Below, piece by piece: positions 19,084 to 29,009 of a stretch of DNA of 64,000 nt. The position numbers and the translations under genes are program-made. The stretch is from Candidatus Marinacidobacterales bacterium (lineage in GTDB: Bacteria; Acidobacteriota; Vicinamibacteria; Marinacidobacterales; DATDRI01), in the NCBI GenBank assembly GCA_965226495.1, contig OZ245365.1, forward strand, positions 192,001-256,000, given 5' to 3'. The notes beneath the pieces are model-generated. The model saw only the letters and a program-made list of their open reading frames with translations. It made no database searches and was not told where the DNA came from. Positions within the stretch are counted from its first letter, which is position 1. Every line of letters begins with the position of its first letter.

Positions 19084-20727
19084 ATGGCTGCAAAGAAGAA
19101 GCGCCAGGATCCGTTTCGCGAGATCCAGAACTGTCTTCAAAAGCGAGACTACAAGAGTGCTCTAGGTTGGTTCCAAACGCTCCTCGAGAGGGAAAACAAG
19201 AACACACAGATTCGGCTCCGCTATGCCGATACCTTGGTGTTAGCCGGCAGCAAGAACGAAGCCATCAAGCAGTATCGCATCGTTGCCGACGAGCTGGCCG
19301 AGTCCGGGTTCATGATTCGCGCCATCGCGATCAATAAGAAGATCGTACAGCTCGATCCCCGCCAGACGGACGTACATCAGAAGCTCGCGGAAATGAACGA
19401 GACTCGTTCGAAAGGCCGCAGCGCCGCGATGGCTCAGCTGTCCTCTGCGCTTGTCAGCGATCCGGCGGTGGAAATGCCGCCCGCGTCCCCATCGTCTACA
19501 CCGCCTTTGCCGGCCGCCGCCGAGCCGCCTCCAGAGCCACAACTAGAAGCGGAGGCTCCGGCCGAGCCCACGATGAGTCTCGAGGACAGCCTGGCGATGG
19601 AGTTCGGGAGCTCACCGGCGCAGGGGACAACCGAGAGTCCTGGTGAGTCTCCGGTCGAAGAGGGGCCGGTCATTGAGGATGAAATTGCAATGGAACAAGG
19701 GCCCGCCACAGCAGACTTGCCCGAGTTGACGCAGCCCGTCGACTCGCCTGAGCCCGGCTCCGCCGAACCTCCCGAGGCAATGTCCGATCCAACATTTGAA
19801 TCGTTACCCCCCGTGATGGAAGACGTCGCGGAAGACGACGATTTGATTCTCCTCGACGAAGACGAGGCGTCGGGCCCGCTCTTAATAGAAGAAGAGAAGG
19901 ACGTCGAGATCACGCTCGACGCGACTCCACCCGGGCTGGAAGATGAGTCGCAAGGGTTCGAGATCGTGGCGGAGTCCGAGGTAGAGATTCCAGCCGCTGA
20001 CGCGGACTCCGGGCCCGATATCGAGTTCGAATTGGCCGACGGCGGACCCAGCTTCTCGGAGGGGCAGCCACTGGAAGGTCAAGAGGCACTCGAAAGTGAA
20101 GAAGCGGCGGTCGACTACGTGCTCGATTCGGCCGATGACCTGGGCGATGTCGAAGAAGGACCGGACGTCGAGTTCGATATCGAAATGGAGCCCGATGCCG
20201 CAGCCGACGGAGCGGATCCTTTGGTGGGAGTTCTGGGCGAGGACATCGATGCCCTCATCGATTCTATTATTGACGATGTCGGGAGCTCGGCGAGCGCCCC
20301 TCCCTCGCCTCCTCCGCAGTCCACCGAATCGCCGGGAGGGATCCCTCTGTTCTCCCAGCTAACCATGCAGGAGTTTATCGATGTGGCGGTCGTTCTCGAA
20401 CGACGTTCGGTAAAGACGGGCACGGTCATCGTGCAGGAGGGCGATCCCGGGGATTCCATGTTCATCGTGAGCACCGGCGAGGTCGATGCCACGGTGGAAG
20501 ACAACGGCAAGACAGTGAAAGTTCACAGCTTCAAGGACGGTGACTTTTTCGGTGAGATGGCGGTTTTGAGCGGTGAGCCGCGAACGGCAACGGTCACCGC
20601 GGTGAAGAGCACTGAGCTGCTAGAGCTCAGCCGCGATAATCTCCACAAGATTTTCTCGAAGCACCCCGACGTCGAGGCCAAGATACGCCTGGCCTACGAC
20701 GAGCGGGCGATGAACCCTCCCAAGTAG
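19084..20727 (+). CDS. TPR + long acidic linker + cyclic-nucleotide-binding domain protein
   Basis: N-terminal TPR helices (GFMIRAIAINKKI), long D/E/P-rich linker, cNMP motifs EGDPGDSMFIV, GDFFGEMAVL, PRTATV. ATG 19084 likely. Confidence 0.88.
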   Translation: MAAKKKRQDPFREIQNCLQKRDYKSALGWFQTLLERENKNTQIRLRYADTLVLAGSKNEAIKQYRIVADELAESGFMIRAIAINKKIVQLDPRQTDVHQKLAEMNETRSKGRSAAMAQLSSALVSDPAVEMPPASPSSTPPLPAAAEPPPEPQLEAEAPAEPTMSLEDSLAMEFGSSPAQGTTESPGESPVEEGPVIEDEIAMEQGPATADLPELTQPVDSPEPGSAEPPEAMSDPTFESLPPVMEDVAEDDDLILLDEDEASGPLLIEEEKDVEITLDATPPGLEDESQGFEIVAESEVEIPAADADSGPDIEFELADGGPSFSEGQPLEGQEALESEEAAVDYVLDSADDLGDVEEGPDVEFDIEMEPDAAADGADPLVGVLGEDIDALIDSIIDDVGSSASAPPSPPPQSTESPGGIPLFSQLTMQEFIDVAVVLERRSVKTGTVIVQEGDPGDSMFIVSTGEVDATVEDNGKTVKVHSFKDGDFFGEMAVLSGEPRTATVTAVKSTELLELSRDNLHKIFSKHPDVEAKIRLAYDERAMNPPK

Positions 20728-20768
20728 CCGGCTTCAAGCTTCTTTACTCCGTCGCTTCAGCCCACCGG

Positions 20769-21593
20769 TCAGCTACGCCCGTCCGGCAACTTCATGTACC
20801 GCGAGAGTACCCAGTCAGCCGCCCCGGGGAAGAAGCGGTTCAAGGCGACGATGAACCTGCCCGCTCTCGTCAGGAGGACTTCCCGGCGCGGCCTGCGGGC
20901 GCAGCTCCAGATAACCTCCGCAACTTCCTCGGCGCTCATGGCTTTGCGGCGTGGTTTTCCTCTTGTAGCGCCATAGGTGCCATAGGTGATTGTAGCTTCC
21001 GAGAACTCCGTGTCGGTGTAGCCGGGGCATACGACCGAGACTTCGACTCCCGTATCCTTGAGCTCCAAGCGCAGAGATTCGGATAGCCCCTGCAGCGCGA
21101 ACTTCGTGGCGCCGTACGCACCCGTCATCGGAAGAGCTCTCTTGCCTACGATTGACGAAACGTTGACGATGACGCCCTTCCTGCGTTCTTTCATTCCCGG
21201 GAGAACGGCCTGAATCGCATAGAGGGCGCCAAACGTGTTGACCTCGAAGACACGGCGAAGGTCTTCCTCGCGGACGTTTTCCAGGTAGGCGTAGATTCCG
21301 ACACCGGCATTGTTCACGAGCACGTCTAACCCCTCGAACGCGTCCTCGGCACGAGCCACCGATTCCGCAACCGCCTTTCGTGAGGCGACGTCGGTTACCA
21401 AGACCAACGCCTCACCTCCGAGATCATGCACTCGGGATGCGACTCGATGGAGATGGGTTTCCCGTCGAGCCAGTAGGGCGAGCCGTCCACCTTCACGAGC
21501 GAAACGGTAGGCCGTGGCTTCGCCGATCCCGCTCGACGCACCGGTGACTAGGGTCCGCAGTCCGCGAGGCCTCTCAGCCTCGCTCGCCGTCAT
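20769..21593 (-). CDS. SDR family oxidoreductase
   Basis: TGASSGIG, NNAG, YGATK. Confidence 0.93.
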   Translation of the reverse strand: MTASEAERPRGLRTLVTGASSGIGEATAYRFAREGGRLALLARRETHLHRVASRVHDLGGEALVLVTDVASRKAVAESVARAEDAFEGLDVLVNNAGVGIYAYLENVREEDLRRVFEVNTFGALYAIQAVLPGMKERRKGVIVNVSSIVGKRALPMTGAYGATKFALQGLSESLRLELKDTGVEVSVVCPGYTDTEFSEATITYGTYGATRGKPRRKAMSAEEVAEVIWSCARRPRREVLLTRAGRFIVALNRFFPGAADWVLSRYMKLPDGRS

Positions 21594-21773
21594 GGGGTCG
21601 CCTTCTCGGAGGCGATATGGGCCTCGATGTTTTCTTGGATGTTCAGCTTCCCGAGCTTATAGGACGAGCGCTGGGCCGGGCCACACCCGGGCCAACTGAT
21701 GGGGCGAGCTCACTAATAATGTCGTGCTCTGTCTTTGCTGCATGACGCTCTAACGCGTCCCAGGATGAATGCG

Positions 21774-22283
21774 TCAGGGTTGACCGCCACCAGAACCGTA
21801 AAGCGGAAACTGGCGGCCTTTTACTTTTTTGTAGATCTCCGGAGCGACGGAGGGTCCTTGGCGTGAGCAGTGTTTGTCGAATGCGTCGGCGAGATTCTGG
21901 GAGACGTCTTGCTCGGTCATCCGCTCGATATGGCGCCGCTCTAGCATGTGAACGAGTTTGCCATCTTTGAATAGAGCGATCGCCGGCGAAGACGGTGCGA
22001 CTCCAACCATTTGCTCACGGGCGCGCTCCGTTGCCTCCCGATCGACTCCTGCGAAGACCATAGTTAAATGATCGGGGATCGTCTTGTGCTGGAGAGCGAC
22101 GCTTACGCCGGGACGTGCGGTTCCGCCGGCACAGCCGCAGACCGAATTGACCATAAGCAGGGTCGTACCTTCCTTTCGGATAGCTTCGTCGACCTCGTTC
22201 GAGCTCTTGAGCGGGGTCATACCACATTCTGCCAGCCCCTCCCACATCGGACGGACGGCCTCGGGGTCGTAAAGAGGTTGCAT
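21774..22283 (-). CDS. BrxA/BrxB family bacilliredoxin
   Basis: VNSVCGCAGGTARPG, VFAGVDREAT, PSSPAIALFKDG, ERRHIE. ATG 22283 with AAGGA RBS. Confidence 0.9.
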   Translation of the reverse strand: MQPLYDPEAVRPMWEGLAECGMTPLKSSNEVDEAIRKEGTTLLMVNSVCGCAGGTARPGVSVALQHKTIPDHLTMVFAGVDREATERAREQMVGVAPSSPAIALFKDGKLVHMLERRHIERMTEQDVSQNLADAFDKHCSRQGPSVAPEIYKKVKGRQFPLYGSGGGQP

Positions 22284-22387
22284 TGTGCGATTCCTTTCTT
22301 CAGAAAAAACCAACCTAGCACCCTGACCATGGCAGGATCAAGTGATGCCTTTAATAGCTGTAGTATATAGGTCCAAAGGGGGACGAG

Positions 22388-22990
22388 ATGGCGACCTTCC
22401 GTTTGTGCCGAGCTGCTCGGTTGGGGATTTTTGTGCTGGGCTTTCTTTTCTTGCCCCTTGGTCCCGCCATCGGTCAGCACGGATTGGCCGGAACCTGGGA
22501 AGTCGACCCCGATGAAAGCGACGACATGGAGGAGAAGATCCGGGTGGGGATGGCGAGCATGAAAAGAGGTGGCCGCCGCGGTAGTGGTTCGCCCGACGCG
22601 TCCGAGGACCCGAATATCGCGCTGGCCCGATTGAAGGGTATGCGACAAATCATCAGGAATTTATCGGCGGCGGCCGACGAGCTGACGATCGAGGTCGAGG
22701 GTAGCGAGTTCCGCGTTGCCGGTGCCGGGGAAGGCCGCGTGCGAATATTCTATCTGGATGGGCAGAAGCACGTCCGGGAGACTCCGAACGGGACGAAGCT
22801 CGAGACCATCGCTCAGTGGAACGGCAAACAGGTTCTCATCGAGCAAGAGGCGAAAGACGAGGGAACCATCAATGAGGTGTACGAGCTCGGGCGGGAGCCC
22901 AACGAGCTCGTCGTGATCTTCCGTTTGAAGATCAAACAGCTCGAAGAACCGATTGTGATTAAGAGTGTCTACGGTGCCCTGACAGACTGA
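22388..22990 (+). CDS. Secreted hypothetical protein (lipocalin-like)
   Basis: Signal peptide, LAGTWEVDPDESDD, beta-rich C-terminus ending KSVY. Confidence 0.7.
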   Translation: MATFRLCRAARLGIFVLGFLFLPLGPAIGQHGLAGTWEVDPDESDDMEEKIRVGMASMKRGGRRGSGSPDASEDPNIALARLKGMRQIIRNLSAAADELTIEVEGSEFRVAGAGEGRVRIFYLDGQKHVRETPNGTKLETIAQWNGKQVLIEQEAKDEGTINEVYELGREPNELVVIFRLKIKQLEEPIVIKSVYGALTD

Positions 22991-23007
22991 CGGACGGTTG
23001 AAGTCAG

Positions 23008-23037
23008 AAAGACCCGGGAGGTGGCCCCCGGGTCTTT
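23008..23037. terminator. Bidirectional intrinsic terminator
   Basis: AAAGACCCGGG-aggtggcc-CCCGGGTCTTT inverted repeat between convergent genes. Confidence 0.75.
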
Positions 23038-23061
23038 GCAGCGTAAGCAAACCGACGCGTT

Positions 23062-23760
23062 TCAGAATCGGAACTGAGCTGCCACGTTGGCGGTAAAGCC
23101 TTCCAGCCGATCGTCGAACCGACCGGCTGCTCCGATGAACCGATAACCCCCACCGAAACCGAGACGGAACTTCTCGGTCACGTTCAATGTGACATTGACC
23201 TCCGGCTCCATGACCAAAAACGTCTCTTCCACGTTGAGGATTCTACTGAGGTCGATGTCGTCGAAACGTCCGCCGAACCGCCCGATCAGGTTGTCGAGGT
23301 TGACGTTACCAAGGTCGAGGTTCCCCAAATCGAGATCCCCCAAGCCGAAGTTGCCCCGCCCGGGAAAACGACCGCGAAGAGGAAGCCCGCCCGAGTTGAA
23401 TAGGCTCAGGTTCGCCCTACCGGCACCGACCAAGCCCCTTACGGAAATGTTGGCCACGCGGGTCGGATTGAAGAAGTACTCGAGGACCGCGCCCCCGTAC
23501 TTCATGTCGGACTCGTTGCCCCCGTTGGTCTGAAAATAGGCGGCGCCGCCGATCAAGAATTTCTGATTGATCAGCCAGCCTCCGTAGAGGCCGGCCAGGC
23601 CCGCGAACTCCCCGTTGATTTCGGTGAACTTGTAGTCCGGAGCGATGAGAAAACTGCTCTCGATACCGCCCTGGGTCAGCGTCTGCGTGGTTTGGCCCAG
23701 GACGGGGCTGGTGAAGAGCAGCGTGATTCCCAGGATCGTGAAGATGGACTTTCTAAACAT
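23062..23760 (-). CDS. Outer-membrane beta-barrel protein
   Basis: Signal peptide, amphipathic strands, C-terminal QFRF; Gly/Leu/Asp/Asn-rich loop. Confidence 0.78.
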   Translation of the reverse strand: MFRKSIFTILGITLLFTSPVLGQTTQTLTQGGIESSFLIAPDYKFTEINGEFAGLAGLYGGWLINQKFLIGGAAYFQTNGGNESDMKYGGAVLEYFFNPTRVANISVRGLVGAGRANLSLFNSGGLPLRGRFPGRGNFGLGDLDLGNLDLGNVNLDNLIGRFGGRFDDIDLSRILNVEETFLVMEPEVNVTLNVTEKFRLGFGGGYRFIGAAGRFDDRLEGFTANVAAQFRF

Positions 23761-23874
23761 CTCTACCTCAACTTTCTTTGTAGTGGCGCCTGGTCACATT
23801 GATTGCTGGCACCTTCCTCTTTTGGCGCCCAGCGGATGCGCACAAGTACTGGCTCAGTAGCCGTCGATCGCTAG

Positions 23875-23890
23875 AGCATTTCCTGTGCCA
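23875..23890 (-). promoter_or_regulatory. sigma54 (-24/-12) promoter
   Basis: Minus strand TGGCACAGGAAATGCT (GG-N10-GC) upstream of the OM barrel gene. Confidence 0.65.
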
Positions 23891-23996
23891 CTGGCACTAC
23901 GGTAGTTCTACTGTCCAAACAAGGGTTTCGAGGTAACAGTCACGCGAATTTGTCCCTTTGCGGCGACAACCTGTCTACTTTGTTGGATTCGTACCG

Positions 23997-24908
23997 CTAT
24001 TCGGTGGGAGGCTTAGCGGTGGGAACGATGGTAACGAGGTCCAGCGGATTGACGCGAGCTTTGTTGAGTCGGGCGGCCCAATGAAGATGAGGGCCGGTGA
24101 CGCGACCCGTCGCGCCGACCCGTCCTATGATCTCACCGGTTTGCACGACCTGCCCGTTCTTGACGGCCGTCGATTCGAGATGGCCGTAAAACGTATAAAG
24201 TCCGAGGCCATGGTCGAGCACGATGGTGTTACCAGAAAAGAAGAGGTCGCTCGCCATCACAACGCGACCGCGCTGCGGAGCACGCACCGGTGTTCCCGAA
24301 GGGGCGGGGAAGTCTTCACCACTGTGCGGAGAACGTGGCTGGTCGTTGACGACCCGCCTCTTGCCGAAGCTGCCCGACCCGGTGACGCCCTTCACGGGTA
24401 GCTGGAAGCTTCCTTCCCAGAGTCGCGCCGCCGTCGCAGCCCGAAAAATCCCTAGGAGTTGATTCGTTTCTCTTCGCGACCTCGCGAGGTCTTCGGCGCT
24501 CAAATCAACGAACTTCTTCTCCACGGAAATTGTCTGGACCGTGAAGTGTCCGTCCCGAACGGTGACCGGAGTGCTGCAGCCTATCTTTTGACCGTTGCTC
24601 CGTCTCGTTTCGACCGTCAGCGGAACTTGGGAGGCGTTGCGGCGGAGATCCACGCCTAACAGGGCAAGGTGAGAGTCGCCCTCTCGCCAGAAGTACAGCG
24701 ACTGGTCGGCCCACGCAGCGTTGACCTCTGCGGGGAATTCACTACGGACTTCGAGAAGGATGATGGCGCCTTGAGGCGGTTCTATCGTGCTCAGCGTCAA
24801 CTCCAAACCGGCGGCACAATCGATCGTCTCCTCGGCCTGGGACGCAGCGACCAGCGAGCTCAATAGAACAACGGTCAGCGCCGCAGCTGCTGTTCTCTTC
24901 ACGCCCAC
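23997..24908 (-). CDS. M23 family metallopeptidase
   Basis: HSGED (HxxxD), YGHL, TGPHLHW; signal peptide. Confidence 0.93.
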   Translation of the reverse strand: MGVKRTAAAALTVVLLSSLVAASQAEETIDCAAGLELTLSTIEPPQGAIILLEVRSEFPAEVNAAWADQSLYFWREGDSHLALLGVDLRRNASQVPLTVETRRSNGQKIGCSTPVTVRDGHFTVQTISVEKKFVDLSAEDLARSRRETNQLLGIFRAATAARLWEGSFQLPVKGVTGSGSFGKRRVVNDQPRSPHSGEDFPAPSGTPVRAPQRGRVVMASDLFFSGNTIVLDHGLGLYTFYGHLESTAVKNGQVVQTGEIIGRVGATGRVTGPHLHWAARLNKARVNPLDLVTIVPTAKPPTE

Positions 24909-25002
24909 ACTATATCAATAGTATGAGCATCTCTGAAAAAGGCGAAGCGGAACTGAAGACGTGAGGCAACGTCGCCGCAGACTTGTGGGCTGTGGGTCGG
25001 AA

Positions 25003-25809
25003 CTAACGCAGAGCGAGTATCTCGCCCCCGGAACGATATCCGTTGCGGCGCGCCAGTCTCCTCACCTTCAGAGAAGGATACTTTCGCAGCCTGAGGAGCA
25101 CATCGGCCACCGGTAGCGGATCGGTATGAATCTCGACCCGGCCTTGCCGGAGCGCGTCCAGGACGGCGGGTAGGGATTTCTCTTTGGCCTCGATGAATGA
25201 GTGCGTTGCACCCATTTGCCAAAGAAAGTGCGAATCCGACGTCCCGACCAGCAGGCGACCGGTCCGGCGCGCCAGACTAACGGCCTTTTTGTTGAAATTC
25301 ATGTTCTTGGTGTAGAAGTGGCTGTACTCGATCCCGTCGAAAAGCTCTAGGTGCTCGAGTAACTTACTCTGCAGACAAAACTGCGAGGGGAAGAACGGGT
25401 GCGGAGCAATGGCAAGCATCTGGGGATTCTCGTGGCGTAGCCGATAAAGCTCCGCGAAGGTGCTCGGCGGGGCATCCCAATAGTTGAAATTGTAGAGGAG
25501 CACATGGCGATTCTCGATGGTCGCCTCGACGCCCGGCACGAGCACGATGCCTCGGGAAGCCGCGTAGTCGGCGAGCTCCTCGGAGTGGCTCATGAAGTCG
25601 TGATTGGTGATCGCCATGACGTCGAAGCCGAGCTTGGCCGCATGGTCAATCATCTCTTCGCTGGAATGTGCTACGTAGTCGAGTGGGTCGTCACCCGTGT
25701 GCAAATGAAGGTCGGTTTTTAAGCGCAAGCCTGATGCTCCTTCTCTTGGTGGGTTGGGTGAAGCATATTGTGGAAACCCCATGGTGACATGCATTTGGCG
25801 TTTCGTCAA
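25003..25809 (-). CDS. PHP domain phosphoesterase
   Basis: DLHLHT, AITNHD, PGVE, APHP, TSDSH. Start uncertain. Confidence 0.9.
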   Translation of the reverse strand: MTKRQMHVTMGFPQYASPNPPREGASGLRLKTDLHLHTGDDPLDYVAHSSEEMIDHAAKLGFDVMAITNHDFMSHSEELADYAASRGIVLVPGVEATIENRHVLLYNFNYWDAPPSTFAELYRLRHENPQMLAIAPHPFFPSQFCLQSKLLEHLELFDGIEYSHFYTKNMNFNKKAVSLARRTGRLLVGTSDSHFLWQMGATHSFIEAKEKSLPAVLDALRQGRVEIHTDPLPVADVLLRLRKYPSLKVRRLARRNGYRSGGEILALR

Positions 25810-25892
25810 ACATCCGACGTTGTCAAATTGAAGCGTGGCGTTTGCCCGGTGGTCTAGAAGATGGGCTAAAATAAGAGGGCAGTTGGACTTCG

Positions 25893-25967
25893 GGGCGGTT
25901 AGCTCAGTGGGAGAGCGCTTGCCTTACAAGCAAGATGTCACAGGTTCAAATCCTGTACCGCCCACCA
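25893..25967 (+). tRNA. tRNA-Val(TAC)
   Basis: Acceptor stem GGGCGGT/ACCGCCC plus ACCA; anticodon arm CTTGC-CT TAC AA-GCAAG; T-loop GGTTCAAATCC. Confidence 0.97.
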
Positions 25968-26181
25968 ACCTCGCGTAGATTGCCGGGGTCCGGCTGCTAT
26001 ACTCTGCCCCCGCCAGGGAGCTTGCGGGCCAGCAACTTGCTATCGGATCGCGACAATCAAAAAAGCCATTTCGATACGGCGCCGCCTGGTTCACAGGGTT
26101 CTATGCGCCTTCCTGACACTGGCAGCCTGTAGCCCACTCGTTTGGGCGAAGGACACCGCCGACGATGGCCCCGAGCCACCA

Positions 26182-28359
26182 GTGCCGCCCGCGGTTTTGG
26201 CCCGCGACACCGAGGGTCGGGTCACGCTGAGGGCTACCCGTTTGGCCGAGCCCATCGTTGTCGATGGGCGCCTCGAGGAGCTCATCTACCGCCAAGTACC
26301 GTCGATGACGGAGTTCATCCAACAGGAGCCGCACGAGGGCGAGCTCGCCACCGAGCAGACGGAAGTCTGGGTTTTCTTCGATGATAAGAACATCTACGTC
26401 TCCGCTCGTTGTTGGGACAGCCATCCCGAGAAAATCGTGGCCAACGAAATGCGTCGGGATAATCGCAATATCTTCAACAACGCGAATTTTGCGGTCATCT
26501 TCGACACCTTTCACGACCGGCGCAATGGGTTCCTCTTCTACACCAATCCGTTGGGTGCGATCTTCGACGCTCAAGTCACTGACGAGAGGAATCTGAATTC
26601 GGACTGGAACACGGTGTGGGACGTCAAGACAGGCCGCTGGGAAGATGGCTGGCTGGTGGAGATGAAGATTCCCTTCCGGTCCCTTCGTTACCGGGGGGGC
26701 GATGCCGAGATTTGGGGGATCAATTTTAGGCGCATCGTCCGGTGGAAAAACGAAACGAGCTACCTGACACCGATGGCCGCCGCTTTCCGGCAAGGCGGTA
26801 TCGCCAAGCTCTCACAAGCGGCGACCATGGTAGGCCTCGAGACACCATCAAAGGCCATCAACCTCGAGCTCAAGCCCTACGCCACCGCTGCGGCCAACAC
26901 CGATTTCGAGGCCGAGCCTCCGTTCGAGAACGAGCTCGACGGCAACGTCGGGGTCGATCTCAAGTACGGAGTCACGCGTGGCTTAACATTCGACTTCACA
27001 TTGAACACTGACTTCGCTCAGGTGGAAGCCGACGAGCAACAGGTGAACCTGACGCGGTTCGGACTTTTCTTTCCCGAGAAACGTGATTTCTTCCTCGAGG
27101 GTAAGGACATATTCACGTTCGGCGGTGTAATCGGTTTTCGCCGCGGGGGTGACCGTGCCGACAACACGCCGATCATGTTTTTCAGTCGGCAAATTGGGCT
27201 CTACGATGAAGAGGTAGTGCCCATTAACGCCGGCGCTCGGCTTACTGGCCGCGCCGGAGCCTACACCTTAGGGCTCTTGGCTATTCAGACCGACGAGCTC
27301 CCGCAACTGGCGATCCCCAAGACGGATTTCGGTGTGGTGCGGATCAAGCGAGATATCCTTCGCCGCAGCAACATTGGAGTCATCGGGACTTACCGATCGC
27401 CCATTTTCGAGGCCGACAGCACGAACGATTCGAACCAATTGTATGGTATCGACGGGAACTTCACCTTTTTCCAGAACGTGAACATGAACGCGTACTACGC
27501 GCGAAGCGAAACAACCGGGCTGAGCGGGGACAACGCCAGCTATCGCGGCCGCTTCCAGTACGGAGGCGATCTCTGGGCTCTAGTAGGTGAGCATCTCGTA
27601 GTGGAGAAGAATTTCAAACCCGAGATCGGATTCCTGCGTCGGGAGGATTTCCGAGAGAGCTTCGCGGAGTTGCGTTTCACCCCCCGCGCGCGCTGGAGCG
27701 AGGCGATACGCCAGTTCGAGTTCGAGGGGAGCTTTGACTACGTTACCAACGGCGACGCACAGCTCGAGAGTAGTCAAGGACGGTTTGCGTTCCGTACCGA
27801 GTTCGAAAGCGGGGACCGCATCTTCACCTGGTATAACCGCATCTTCGAGTTTTTGGACGAAGAGTTCGACATCGCCGACGACGTGATCATCCCCATTGGC
27901 CAGTACCGATTCGAGAGGTACGGGGCCGGATATCGGTTGGGGCCGCAGCGAAGGGTATCGGGTTTCATCGGCCTAGAGGGTGGAACCTTCTTCAGTGGAG
28001 ATAGAAACGAGCTGATCTACTTCGGCCGTTGGGAGCTGACTAAACAGCTGTCCCTCGAACCGAGGCTTTCTCTCAATTGGATCGACCTGCCGGAAGGCAG
28101 TTTCACCGTCAATGTAGCTCGGGTGCGGGTCAACCTCATGCTCTCTCCGCGCATCTTCTTGGGAGCGCTCATCCAATACAACTCCTCCGACAATTTGGCC
28201 GCAACCAATGTCCGCTTCCGCTGGGAGTATCAACCGGGTAGCGACTTCTTCATCGTGTACAGCGACGGCCGAGATACGCTCCGGCTCGACCCACGAGGAA
28301 TCCCGCGGCTAGAAACACAATCCTTGGTGATCAAGTTCACGCGACTCTTTCGGTTCTAG
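26182..28359 (+). CDS. DUF5916 / CBM9-like domain outer-membrane protein
   Basis: IVVDGRLEE, FDTFHDRRNGFLF, EMKIPFRSLRY, NTDFAQVEAD, FFPEKRDFFLEG, C-terminal FRF. True start probably upstream (see findings). Confidence 0.9.
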   Translation: MPPAVLARDTEGRVTLRATRLAEPIVVDGRLEELIYRQVPSMTEFIQQEPHEGELATEQTEVWVFFDDKNIYVSARCWDSHPEKIVANEMRRDNRNIFNNANFAVIFDTFHDRRNGFLFYTNPLGAIFDAQVTDERNLNSDWNTVWDVKTGRWEDGWLVEMKIPFRSLRYRGGDAEIWGINFRRIVRWKNETSYLTPMAAAFRQGGIAKLSQAATMVGLETPSKAINLELKPYATAAANTDFEAEPPFENELDGNVGVDLKYGVTRGLTFDFTLNTDFAQVEADEQQVNLTRFGLFFPEKRDFFLEGKDIFTFGGVIGFRRGGDRADNTPIMFFSRQIGLYDEEVVPINAGARLTGRAGAYTLGLLAIQTDELPQLAIPKTDFGVVRIKRDILRRSNIGVIGTYRSPIFEADSTNDSNQLYGIDGNFTFFQNVNMNAYYARSETTGLSGDNASYRGRFQYGGDLWALVGEHLVVEKNFKPEIGFLRREDFRESFAELRFTPRARWSEAIRQFEFEGSFDYVTNGDAQLESSQGRFAFRTEFESGDRIFTWYNRIFEFLDEEFDIADDVIIPIGQYRFERYGAGYRLGPQRRVSGFIGLEGGTFFSGDRNELIYFGRWELTKQLSLEPRLSLNWIDLPEGSFTVNVARVRVNLMLSPRIFLGALIQYNSSDNLAATNVRFRWEYQPGSDFFIVYSDGRDTLRLDPRGIPRLETQSLVIKFTRLFRF

Positions 28360-28364
28360 CCTGC

Positions 28365-29007
28365 CTAAAACGTCTGGTAGTAGCCGACGTTCAGAATGGG
28401 ACCCGCCGGCCAATTTCGTCCACGGACACTGACGGGCACCGTGAACTCGATACTCTGGGTGGGGGAAATCGCAAAGATGACCCCCGGTTCTATGTAGATG
28501 ACCTCGCGTCGCAGTGTCGCAATGGGTAGCCCGAAGCTCATGGCGTCGAAACCGTAGAGTCCGCGAACGAGCCCCTTGAACATGATGTTGGGGATCCATC
28601 GGTAGCCGCCCTCCAGACTCCAAAAGACCTCGTCCCCCGGGTCGATGCCGTTTTCCTCGTTCTCGGTTCGGAAACGGTAGCCGAATCTACCGTTGACGTA
28701 GCCCGGCCGTGGCCATAGGGAGCGGCCCACCTCCACGTCGACTTCGAAGTCGGTTTGACCTTCCCCCACTGGCACGATTTCGGCATCGTTGACGAACTCG
28801 CCGGTGGGAAACTTGACCGCAGCCCCCAAAGTGGCGACGACCGTGTCCTGAGTGAAGTTCCAGCGCGCCCCCGCTCTGAGATCTCCGATTCCGGTGGAGC
28901 TTCGGTCGCCTGCGAAATCATCGAAACGGATGTTGTAGACAGGCAGTTGGAATAGGGCCTCGAAGCCGGAACCGCGCCCAAGCCGATACTCGAAAAACGC
29001 AGCGGTG
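28365..29007 (-). pseudogene. 5'-truncated outer-membrane transporter-like (MetA-pathway type) beta-barrel
   Basis: TGIGDLRAGARW, VKFPTG, VGEGQTD, C-terminal YQTF. No signal peptide; the upstream part of ORF 28365-29363 is the antisense of the neighbouring gene. Confidence 0.65.
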
Positions 29008-29009
29008 AC

